Positions 36,899 through 45,906 of a DNA stretch of 64,000 bases are shown here, piece by piece. Within the stretch, counting starts at the first letter, position 1. Each line of letters starts with the position of its first letter. The position numbers and the translations under genes are program-made. Source of the stretch: an uncultured Clostridia bacterium (GTDB lineage Bacteria > Bacillota > Clostridia > Oscillospirales > CAG-272); assembly GCA_944393415.1 (NCBI GenBank), contig CALYAD010000032.1:2818-66817 (forward strand). Reading direction: 5' to 3'. Below the pieces are notes generated by a model that made no database searches, had not been told where the DNA came from, and worked only from the letters and a program-made list of their open reading frames with translations.

Positions 36899-37483
36899 CT
36901 ATGAGTAAGTTTTTATAATTTCCTCAGCGATCTCTCGCTTTGAAACGCAGCGATCCATCGCCTGCTTTTCTATATACCGGTGAGAGTCAGGCTCCGTCAT
37001 TTTCAAATGCTCGATGAGTATCCATTTTGCCCGGTTGACTATGCGGATTTCCTGCATCTTTTCTTCCGTGGACATGGACTTTTTTTCGAACTTTTTCAGT
37101 CTCTCATGCGTTGAGATCATCCAGTCAAGCGCGTGAGAAAAGACGGTTTTTGACGTTGGTCTGGGAAGAACAAAAACCCCGTGCTCAGAGACCTTATCGT
37201 ATGTGGCTGAATAAAGCTCGGCTCGGACTAACAGCAGGGCGGCGGTTGTTTTTATCCCGCACAGATCGATAGCGAAACGGATACCGGTATCGTCGGGAAG
37301 GGGAGAGTTTATTATCACTAAATCGTATGATCTCTCCAAAACAGCTCTTTTTGCCGAGCTTATACTGCTTTCATACCTTACCGGAGAGAATTTCAGGTCA
37401 GGAAGCAGAGCCTGAAGAGATGAATTAAAAACGTCGGAAGAGGATACGGCAAGGACGCTGTAGGCATGTTCCTGTAAGCTCAC
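36899..37483 (-). CDS. ANTAR-domain RNA-binding antiterminator with a degenerate (pseudo-)receiver domain
   Basis: C-terminal ANTAR: IVNRAKWILIEHLKMTEPDSHRYIEKQAMDRCVSKREIAEEII. The N-terminal receiver-like fold has substitutions at its key positions: VSSSD replaces the DD pair, DLVIINSPLPD has Asn at the phospho-acceptor position, and LPRP replaces the KP lysine. Confidence 0.85.
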   Translation of the reverse strand: MSLQEHAYSVLAVSSSDVFNSSLQALLPDLKFSPVRYESSISSAKRAVLERSYDLVIINSPLPDDTGIRFAIDLCGIKTTAALLLVRAELYSATYDKVSEHGVFVLPRPTSKTVFSHALDWMISTHERLKKFEKKSMSTEEKMQEIRIVNRAKWILIEHLKMTEPDSHRYIEKQAMDRCVSKREIAEEIIKTYS

Positions 37484-37520
37484 GTTACTTCCTCCTTTGC
37501 GGCGAGATTAAGATAATCGG

Positions 37521-38738
37521 TCAGTTGAGTTTTTTGCCGTATAATTCAATGATCCTCTCCGGGATATAAGCCCGAACGAACTCACTCTTTCGCATTTCAA
37601 GGATCGCCTCGTCAAGGGAGGCGGGTAATTTACCGAACCCTTTAAGCAGCTCTTCACTTGCCTTAAAAAGATTTATGTCGGCGGCGGGCGGAGGAGTTAA
37701 TTTGTTTTTTATTCCGTATAGACCTGCGTAAATCAGCAGAGAGAACGCCAGATACGGATTTGCGGTCGGATCCGGTGAGCGAAGCTCCGCGCGGGGACGG
37801 TCACAGACTGACGCCGGTACTCTCACAAGCTGCGAGCGGTTTTCAGCGGACCAGGAAATGTATGCCGGAGCTTTGTTTATGCCTAAGCGTCTGTAGGAAT
37901 TCTCTCTCGGATTAAAAAATACGGTCATATCGGTAATAAAATGAAGCGTTCCGGCAATTATGTTCGGGAGAAGATCGTCTCCCGACTTGTTTTGGGCGGA
38001 AATATTAATATGAAAACCGTTTCCCGGTCTGTCTTTGAGCGGTTTGGGAGAGAAATCAGCCCACAACCCGTTTCTTCCCGCAACGGTTTTTACGACCGTA
38101 TTAAACGTCATGGCGTTATCCGCGGCGGAGAGAGCGTCGGAATAGCGGAAATCTATCTCGTTCTGACCGGGACCCTCCTCATGATGAGAGCTTTCCGGCC
38201 GTATTCCCATTTGCTCAAGCGTCAGACATATCTCGCGGCGGACGTTTTCGCCCTTGTCGTCCGGCGCGATATCCATATATCCCGCCTCGTCGTATGGCGT
38301 ATTGGTTTTTTCCCCAAGCTCGTTTAGTTTAAACAGGTAGAATTCAAGCTCGGCGCCGAAATAAAAGTCTATACCTTCTTTTTTTGCCTCAGAAACCGCT
38401 TTTATCAGAATACTTCTGGTGTCGCATTCAAATGTTCTTCCGTCGGGGTAAGTGATGCCGCAGAACATTCGGACCACACGTCCATGCTCGGGACGCCACG
38501 GAAGAACGGTAAGCGTGGAGGGATCCGGATGGAGCAGAAGATCGGAGTGGGTTTCGTCTCCGAAGCCTCGGATAGCGGAAGCGTCAAACGCTATTCCATC
38601 CGAAAACGCCCTCTTAAGCTCGCCCGGCATTATGGAAATGTTTTTTTGCTTGCCGTAAATGTCGCAGAAGGCAAGACGGATAAACTTGACGTCCTCTTCC
38701 TTTACGTACTGAAGGACCTCCTCGGCAGTATACTTCAT
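37521..38738 (-). CDS. glnA: Glutamine synthetase, short type I-like
   Basis: Beta-grasp N-terminus (VKFIRLAFCDIYGKQKNISI), the catalytic FGAELEFYLF, and NGFHINIS / SWSAENRSQLVRVP motifs. Confidence 0.85.
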   Translation of the reverse strand: MKYTAEEVLQYVKEEDVKFIRLAFCDIYGKQKNISIMPGELKRAFSDGIAFDASAIRGFGDETHSDLLLHPDPSTLTVLPWRPEHGRVVRMFCGITYPDGRTFECDTRSILIKAVSEAKKEGIDFYFGAELEFYLFKLNELGEKTNTPYDEAGYMDIAPDDKGENVRREICLTLEQMGIRPESSHHEEGPGQNEIDFRYSDALSAADNAMTFNTVVKTVAGRNGLWADFSPKPLKDRPGNGFHINISAQNKSGDDLLPNIIAGTLHFITDMTVFFNPRENSYRRLGINKAPAYISWSAENRSQLVRVPASVCDRPRAELRSPDPTANPYLAFSLLIYAGLYGIKNKLTPPPAADINLFKASEELLKGFGKLPASLDEAILEMRKSEFVRAYIPERIIELYGKKLN

Positions 38739-38790
38739 ATATATGTAACCATTCCTTTCTTAAACCTAAGCGGCGTTTGGCGCGCTTCCC

Positions 38791-39513
38791 TCAGTTTGCC
38801 ACGTACATTTGCTTGTATGGATTTCTGCTGTCCGGAGAAACGACGGTAAAGGGGAAATCCAAAATTTTATTTTTATCATATCCGAAGAGCAGACAGTATT
38901 CGGATATGTATTCGGAAATATGCTTTATGTCCTCGGGTTCTGCGTGTCTGGCGTGAACCTGACTTGGAAATCTGATATCCCTGCAGTCAGAGCGGAGATA
39001 CATTTTTCCGCCGTGCATTCCGGTGCAGGGAAAGTTGCTGACGATAGGCTTGTCGTGTGAATTAAGACCGAGAACCACGATTATCCCGCCTGCCTGGTAT
39101 TCACCTAAAAAGCTGCCCGCCGTTCCGCCGATGACTAAGACGGGGATCTTTTCCCTGTATTCTTTCATATGTATACCGGCGCGGTAGCCGGCGTTGCCTT
39201 TTACGTATATTCTTCCGCCGCGCATGGCGTATCCGGCGGCATCGCCGATATTTCCGTCAACTATTATACAGCCGTCGTTCATGGTATCGCCGACGGCGTC
39301 CTGGGCGTTTCCTTTGACTCTCAGCTCGGCTCCGTTGAGGTAAGCGCCGAGGGCGTTTCCGGGAGTACCCTCTATAAAAATATTTCTTTTCCCCATACCG
39401 GCGGCGATAAAGCGTTGTCCGAGACAACCGGTGATCTGACAGTCCCCCTCGGTATTTCTGAGCGCCTTGTTTAATTCGGCAAAATCAAGATTTTTCGCGT
39501 CAATACAATTCAT
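38791..39513 (-). CDS. Glutamate synthase GXGXG-domain subunit (GltB3-like)
   Basis: Repeated beta-helix GxxGxxxG units (GTPGNALGAYLNGAELRVKGNAQDAVGDTMNDGCIIVDGNIGDAAGYAMRGGRIYVKGNAGYRAG). Confidence 0.85.
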   Translation of the reverse strand: MNCIDAKNLDFAELNKALRNTEGDCQITGCLGQRFIAAGMGKRNIFIEGTPGNALGAYLNGAELRVKGNAQDAVGDTMNDGCIIVDGNIGDAAGYAMRGGRIYVKGNAGYRAGIHMKEYREKIPVLVIGGTAGSFLGEYQAGGIIVVLGLNSHDKPIVSNFPCTGMHGGKMYLRSDCRDIRFPSQVHARHAEPEDIKHISEYISEYCLLFGYDKNKILDFPFTVVSPDSRNPYKQMYVAN

Positions 39514-40760
39514 TATACCACACCTCCCAGCTTTTTTCTACGGGTATTTTGTGAATACGCGTATAAAGTCGGATATTTTTTCAAAAGCTCAAAATCAACG
39601 GTATCGAGCGGGATTCTTTCTCGGATAAGCGCCGTATAAATTCCCGCTCTCTCTACATCGCCTATCATTATATATCCTGTAAGTACGCCGTTTTTTGTAA
39701 AGAGGCGCTTAAGCGTCCCGTTACCTTTTTCCTCGTACATTTTTCCGCCTTCCTCTTCGCCGAAATAGCTCCCGGCTGTGATCGCGTGCAAGCCGAAGAA
39801 GCCGATTGAGTTCATGGGTATAGCCTTGTCAAATTTTGCTTGGCCTCCTGCCATATTGACGCCTGCGCAATAGCCCTGCATATATGCGTTCGGTAGAATG
39901 GCGAGCACACGTTTCCCGCCGAGCGAGATATCCTCGCCCTCCGTGCAGTCTCCCGCTGCATAAACGTTCTTAACGGAGGTCCGCATTTTTTCGTTAACAA
40001 TGATTCCTCTGTTTACCTCTCCTCCGATATCCTTTACAAGAGCGGTGTTGGCGCGTACTCCTACTACCATGACAAGGACGTCAAATTCCACACAGGCGCC
40101 GCTTTTCATGATGGCTCTGCTTCCGATGAATTCGGCGGCGGTATCACCGAGCATAAAGCTGATACCGTTTTCCTCAAGCCGCGCCTGCATTATCTTTGCG
40201 CAATCATCGTCCAGAATACTTGATAGGACTCTTGCGGCAAGGTCGCATACCGTTATATCCTTTACCCGGCCGCAAATTCCCTCGGCGCATTTAAGTCCGA
40301 TCAGTCCCGCGCCTATAATGAGAACGCGGGTATTCCTGTCAATAACCTTTTCAAGCTCCAGGGAATCGTCAAGCGTAATAAAGGTGAATTTGTTTTTTAC
40401 CGTTTCAAGCCCCTTTATCGGAGGAATAAAAGGAGAGGAGCCGGAGGCGACGCAGACCGAGGTAAAGGGAATCTTGCAGCCGTCGTTTAGGGCTACGTTT
40501 TTTGTTTCAGGATCGATCCCGACCGCTTTTTTTCCATAAATTACTTTACAGCCGTTTGAGTCGTAGAAATCGGTCTTTCGGTAATTCATCTTCGCAAGCT
40601 CTGTTTTCCCCTGAAGATAGTAAGAGATCAGGGGACGGCAGTACACGGGATGGTTTTCTTCTGAGACGACGGTTACGGCCGAGCTTTTATCAACGCTTCG
40701 GATGCCCTCGATGCAGCCGGCCGCGGCGACGCCGTTTCCGATTATAACATAATCAGCCAT
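39513..40760 (-). CDS. FAD/NAD(P)-dependent pyridine-nucleotide oxidoreductase (probable electron-input subunit)
   Basis: Two Rossmann GxGxxG motifs (IIGNGVAAAG; IIGAGLIGLKCAE) and a late AAGDC motif. ATG at 40760 follows AGAAAGGAATGGTCAT. Confidence 0.8.
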   Translation of the reverse strand: MADYVIIGNGVAAAGCIEGIRSVDKSSAVTVVSEENHPVYCRPLISYYLQGKTELAKMNYRKTDFYDSNGCKVIYGKKAVGIDPETKNVALNDGCKIPFTSVCVASGSSPFIPPIKGLETVKNKFTFITLDDSLELEKVIDRNTRVLIIGAGLIGLKCAEGICGRVKDITVCDLAARVLSSILDDDCAKIMQARLEENGISFMLGDTAAEFIGSRAIMKSGACVEFDVLVMVVGVRANTALVKDIGGEVNRGIIVNEKMRTSVKNVYAAGDCTEGEDISLGGKRVLAILPNAYMQGYCAGVNMAGGQAKFDKAIPMNSIGFFGLHAITAGSYFGEEEGGKMYEEKGNGTLKRLFTKNGVLTGYIMIGDVERAGIYTALIRERIPLDTVDFELLKKYPTLYAYSQNTRRKKLGGVV

Positions 40761-40925
40761 TGTTATGACCATTCCTTTCTTTGCCGTATAACGGCAGTCA
40801 TTTTTATAGAACTATCAAAAACTTTTCTTTAGCGAGATACGATGCCTTCAGGCATATTGAACTGTTGTGAGGACTTTTTTCGGGGTGTCTGAGAAGACTC
40901 CGAAATTCCGAGACATAGCCGCGGT

Positions 40926-41357
40926 TTACTCTCTTTCCTCATACACTATGGCTTTGTTGGGACAGCCCTTCACGCAGGCAGGTTCGCCGCAGGAATTTTG
41001 CAGGCAAAGCTCGCATTTCTGCATTACGCCGTCCTCTCCGGTAGCTAACGCACCGAACGGACACACCATAATACAGGTCAGACACCCAACGCACCTATCA
41101 CGGTCTATATGGATAACCCCGTCCTTTGTAAAGAGCGCCCCGGCGATACAGCTTTTGACACAAATCGGGTCTGAGCAGTGGCGGCAGGATACCGCGTAGG
41201 AAATTCTGTCGTCGCCTTCTATATGTATTCTCGGGTAAATTTGTTTACCCTTAAGCGCCGCTGCCATATCCTTAAGTCCGGAATTAGCGAAAGCGCAGTT
41301 ATATTCGCATAGGTGACATCCGAGACACCATTTTTCATTGACAAATACCCGTTTCAT
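40926..41357 (-). CDS. 4Fe-4S dicluster ferredoxin-domain protein
   Basis: CLGCHLCEYNC, CRHCSDPICVKSC, CVGCLTCIMVCP and CELC...C cysteine clusters. ATG at 41357 follows GGGGGA. Confidence 0.8.
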   Translation of the reverse strand: MKRVFVNEKWCLGCHLCEYNCAFANSGLKDMAAALKGKQIYPRIHIEGDDRISYAVSCRHCSDPICVKSCIAGALFTKDGVIHIDRDRCVGCLTCIMVCPFGALATGEDGVMQKCELCLQNSCGEPACVKGCPNKAIVYEERE

Positions 41358-41480
41358 ATCAATCCCCCATGCTGCCTTCAGGCAGCTCAAACAGATATAA
41401 AAATTTTTGTGTTTCGCACTTGCGAAAAATTCAAGCGTGAAAACATCTGCGTTCCGACATTATGTATTCAAGCCGGCGTT

Positions 41481-42986
41481 TTACTCTCCGGCGTGAGAGA
41501 TGCCGAGTATTTCAAGCTCCTTTGAAGTAAGTCCTACGCCGCGGAGCATCAGACGATTGCCGCGCAGAGCTTCTATGGAATTTATTCCCATGCCTCCCAT
41601 CATCTCCTTGATCTCATGCTTCCATGCGTTCATAAGATTGACAAGCCGCGCGCTTCCTATATCCGGATTCAGTCTTTTGACAAGCTCGGGGCGTTGGGTT
41701 GCTATTCCCCAGTTGCATTTACCGCTTTGGCAGGTGCGGCAGAGATGACATCCGAGAGCCAGCAGGGCCGCCGTAGCCACATAACACGCGTCGGCGCCGA
41801 GAGCGATCGCCTTGACCACGTCGGAGGCTGAGCGGATGCTTCCGCCTACGACAAGGGAAACGCTGTTGCGTATACCTTCGTCGCGCAGACGCTGATCCAC
41901 GGCGGCGAGAGCAAGCTCTATCGGGATACCAACGTTGTCTCGGATCCTGGTAGGTGCCGCACCAGTACCGCCGCGGAAGCCGTCAATAGCGATTATATCC
42001 GCGCCGCTTCGGGCTATTCCGCTGGCGATAGCGGCGATGTTGTGGACCGCCGCTACCTTTACGATAACGGGCTTTTTATACTCTGTAGCCTCCTTGAGAG
42101 AATAAACGAGCTGGCGGAGATCCTCAATCGAATAGATATCGTGGTGCGGGGCGGGAGAAATCGCGTCAGAGCCTTCCGGTATCATACGGGTTCGCGACAC
42201 ATCTCCGACTATTTTAGTTCCGGGAAGATGTCCGCCGATTCCCGGCTTTGCGCCCTGTCCCATTTTTATCTCAACGGCGGCGCCCGCCATAAGATAGTCC
42301 TCGTAAACGCCGAAGCGTCCGGAGGCTACCTGAACAATGGTATTTTTACCATAGCGGTAAAAGTCTTCATGAAGGCCGCCCTCACCGGTGTTATAAAAAA
42401 TACCGGTTTCCGTTGCCGCCCTTGCAAGACTTTCGTGGGCGTTATAGCTGATCGAACCGTAGCTCATAGCGGAGAACATAACGGGCATCGCAAGCTCAAG
42501 CTGAGGGGGAAGCCCGCATTTCAGTTTACCTTTCTCATCTCTCTGAACCTTATCGGGTTTTTTCCCAAGAAACACCTTGGTTTCCATCGGCTCGCGCAGA
42601 GGGTCGATGGGTGGGTTTGTGACCTGAGAGGCGTTTATAAGAATCTTATCCCAATATACGGGCAGCGGATTGGGATTTCCCATTGAGGATAGGAGAACGC
42701 CTCCGCTGTTTGCCTGCTTGTAGATCTCGTTTATCGTGCTGCTATGCCAGTTGGCGTTCTCGCGGAGCGTGCAGTTGCTTTTGACTATTTTCAGCGCTCT
42801 TGTCGGACAGAGAGATACACATCTCTGGCAGTTGACGCATTTGCTTTCGTCGCTTTGCATAAGCTTACGGTCTTCGTCATATGTGTGTACCTCGTTTGCG
42901 CATTGCCTTTCACATACGCGGCAGGCGATGCACCTGCCGTCATTTCTGACGACCTCAAATTCCGGATATATGAAATCAACGCTCAT
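41481..42986 (-). CDS. Glutamate synthase FMN-binding subunit (GltB2-like) with an N-terminal 2x[4Fe-4S] domain
   Basis: CIACRVCERQC / CVNCQRCVSLCP, then the GltS FMN core (MSYGSISYNAHESLA...GEGG...KMGQGAKPGIGGHLPG...ISPAPHHDIYSIEDL...DGFRGGTGAAP). The start overlaps the upstream stop (TGATG). Confidence 0.88.
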   Translation of the reverse strand: MSVDFIYPEFEVVRNDGRCIACRVCERQCANEVHTYDEDRKLMQSDESKCVNCQRCVSLCPTRALKIVKSNCTLRENANWHSSTINEIYKQANSGGVLLSSMGNPNPLPVYWDKILINASQVTNPPIDPLREPMETKVFLGKKPDKVQRDEKGKLKCGLPPQLELAMPVMFSAMSYGSISYNAHESLARAATETGIFYNTGEGGLHEDFYRYGKNTIVQVASGRFGVYEDYLMAGAAVEIKMGQGAKPGIGGHLPGTKIVGDVSRTRMIPEGSDAISPAPHHDIYSIEDLRQLVYSLKEATEYKKPVIVKVAAVHNIAAIASGIARSGADIIAIDGFRGGTGAAPTRIRDNVGIPIELALAAVDQRLRDEGIRNSVSLVVGGSIRSASDVVKAIALGADACYVATAALLALGCHLCRTCQSGKCNWGIATQRPELVKRLNPDIGSARLVNLMNAWKHEIKEMMGGMGINSIEALRGNRLMLRGVGLTSKELEILGISHAGE

Positions 42987-44080
42987 CAGAAACACCCCTC
43001 CCTTACATTTATTATAACAGGCTCTCCGCCGGCGGGAGCCCAAACGTTTTCCGCGTTCGGTTCCATTGCGCGGATCGACGCTTCTTCGCTCGCTATATAT
43101 ACCTTATTATCTTTTTCTCCGACGACCATCGAACGCAGCTTAAGACGGTCGTTTAACGCCATAAGTCCGCCGGTAAAGCCGAGAATTATGGAGAAGGGAC
43201 CGGTTACAAGCAGGCTCGGAAACATGGTGCGCAGATAAATATGCTTTTCTTTATCCTCAAGGTCGGTTTTGTTTTCTATTGTACTCCAGAAGGGCGCCGC
43301 GATCACGCTTGCCGCTTCGCCGAGCGTCAGTCCCTGAACACGTACAAGATAATCGATAATGTAAGTAATGACCTCAGTATCGGTCTGGAGATTACATTTA
43401 TAACCGAACATTTCTATGTATCTTCTGTTTGCGTCATAGGAAGATATCTCTCCGTTGTGGACTATGGAATTATCGAGCAGGGTAAACGGATGCGCCCCTC
43501 CCCACCAACCAGGCGTATTGGTCGGGTATCTGCCGTGAGCCGTCCAGCAATAGCCTTCGTATTCATCTAATCTGTAAAACTCTCCGACATCCTCCGGGAA
43601 GCCGACCGCTTTAAAAGTTCCCATGTTTTTCCCGCTGGAAAAAACATACGCGCCGGGAATCTCGGTATTTATTTTCATAACCGTTCTGACTACAAATTCC
43701 TTTTCATCCAGCTGCATGGACGCAAGAACGGATTTCAGCGGCGTTACAAAATATCTCCATATTATAGGCTCGTCAGTGATAGCCGGCAGCTTCCTTGTGG
43801 GTATTATCTCCGACTTCACAAGCTCGAATCTTTCCTTTAAGAATTCCTCGCAGCTTTTTCTTGTGGCTCGCTGGTCGAAGAAAAAATGTAACGCGTATAA
43901 ATCCTTGTATTCAGGATAGATGCCATACGCGGCAAAGCCGCCTCCGAGACCGTTGGAGCGGTCGTGCATAGGCTTCATCGCGTCGATTATTTGCCTGCCG
44001 GATATTCTTTCGCCGTCCCTGGCGATCACGGCGGCGATCGCGCATCCGGACGGAATACGTATCTGACCTTCTTTCAACAT
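42986..44080 (-). CDS. Class II (Ntn) glutamine amidotransferase subunit of glutamate synthase (GltB1-like)
   Basis: A pro-peptide then the catalytic Cys (MLKEGQIRIPSGCAIAAV), with HGRYPTNTPGWWGGAHPF and VHNGEISSY motifs. Start reassigned to 44080, because codons 1-29 of ORF 42986..44167 coincide with a leader hairpin and terminator. Confidence 0.8.
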   Translation of the reverse strand: MLKEGQIRIPSGCAIAAVIARDGERISGRQIIDAMKPMHDRSNGLGGGFAAYGIYPEYKDLYALHFFFDQRATRKSCEEFLKERFELVKSEIIPTRKLPAITDEPIIWRYFVTPLKSVLASMQLDEKEFVVRTVMKINTEIPGAYVFSSGKNMGTFKAVGFPEDVGEFYRLDEYEGYCWTAHGRYPTNTPGWWGGAHPFTLLDNSIVHNGEISSYDANRRYIEMFGYKCNLQTDTEVITYIIDYLVRVQGLTLGEAASVIAAPFWSTIENKTDLEDKEKHIYLRTMFPSLLVTGPFSIILGFTGGLMALNDRLKLRSMVVGEKDNKVYIASEEASIRAMEPNAENVWAPAGGEPVIINVREGCF

Positions 44081-44098
44081 ACTGATTACCAAGCCTTT

Positions 44099-44167
44099 CG
44101 TAAAATAAAAAGGAAAGGCGCTCACAGCCGGCAGCACTTGCCGTAACTGATGAACGCCTTTGCTCAT
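44099..44167 (-). promoter_or_regulatory. 5' leader of the GOGAT-glnA-ANTAR operon: AAAGGC-hexaloop hairpin overlapping an intrinsic terminator
   Basis: RNA: AUGAGC[AAAGGC]GUUCAU (44167-44150). Terminator: AAAGGCGUUCA (44161-44151) pairs with UGAGCGCCUUU (44124-44114), 11 bp, followed by CCUUUUUAUUUU. Confidence 0.6.
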
Positions 44168-44175
44168 TTAAGATT

Positions 44176-44204
44176 ATTATACCACGTTAAGCGCGGTTTG
44201 TCAA
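44176..44204 (-). promoter_or_regulatory. Consensus sigma-A promoter of the GOGAT operon
   Basis: On the minus strand: TTGACA (44204-44199), 17 nt, TATAAT (44181-44176). Confidence 0.75.
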
Positions 44205-44264
44205 CCTGTTTTGAAGAAAAAGCTCAGGCTTTGCAATTTTTTTCAAAAAAAATTGAAAAAGGGG

Positions 44265-44293
44265 TTGACAAAACGGTTTTTATGGTGTATAAT
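44265..44293 (+). promoter_or_regulatory. Consensus sigma-A promoter of gdhA
   Basis: TTGACA (44265-44270), 17 nt, TATAAT (44288-44293). Confidence 0.75.
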
Positions 44294-44302
44294 ACAGCAT
44301 GT

Positions 44303-44360
44303 AAAGGCAAAGGCGTCTTTTAGGTTAACACCTATAGTCGTTTTTGCCTTTTCTTTTATT
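44303..44360 (+). promoter_or_regulatory. gdhA 5' leader: AAAGGC-hexaloop hairpin, second hexaloop hairpin, and an overlapping intrinsic terminator
   Basis: P1 AAAGGC[AAAGGC]GUCUUU (44303-44320). P2 UAGG[UUAACA]CCUA (44321-44334). Alternative 13-bp terminator: AAAGGCAAAGGCG (44303-44315) pairs with CGUUUUUGCCUUU (44339-44351), followed by UCUUUUAUUU. Confidence 0.6.
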
Positions 44361-44374
44361 TGAAATTAAACTAA

Positions 44375-45721
<1,347 letters not shown>

Positions 45722-45735
45722 TAAATAAAATACTG

Positions 45736-45800
45736 TAAATAACAATGATAAAGGCAAAGGCGTCTTTAATGTTCGGCATTAGGGGCGTCTTCCTTATTTA
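45736..45800 (+). promoter_or_regulatory. Third copy of the AAAGGC-hexaloop hairpin, upstream of type III GS
   Basis: AAAGGC[AAAGGC]GUCUUU at 45750-45767, a 19-nt identity with the gdhA leader. It is followed by AAUG[UUCGG]CAUU and a 9-bp alternative stem (45757-45765 with 45783-45791), then CCUUAUUUAU. A -10-like TAAATA at 45736 keeps the same spacing as in gdhA. Confidence 0.45.
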
Positions 45801-45906
45801 TAAAAACAAAACAATAAATTTTCGGTACTTGGGTACGTACATCGGGATTATTATTTAAAAACAGCACAATTAGCCGTATAGGCGAAGGAAAGGAAGGAGC
45901 ATAATT

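Noticed and set aside
44081-44167. N-terminal 29 codons of ORF 42986..44167 (MSKGVHQLRQVLPAVSAFPFYFTKGLVIS)
   Set aside because: This stretch starts only about 8 nt after the -10 box and has no SD. It coincides exactly with a hairpin plus an 11-bp terminator and U-tract. A proper SD (GAAAGGC) precedes Met30, which is followed by the pro-peptide and catalytic Cys. It is treated as leader RNA.
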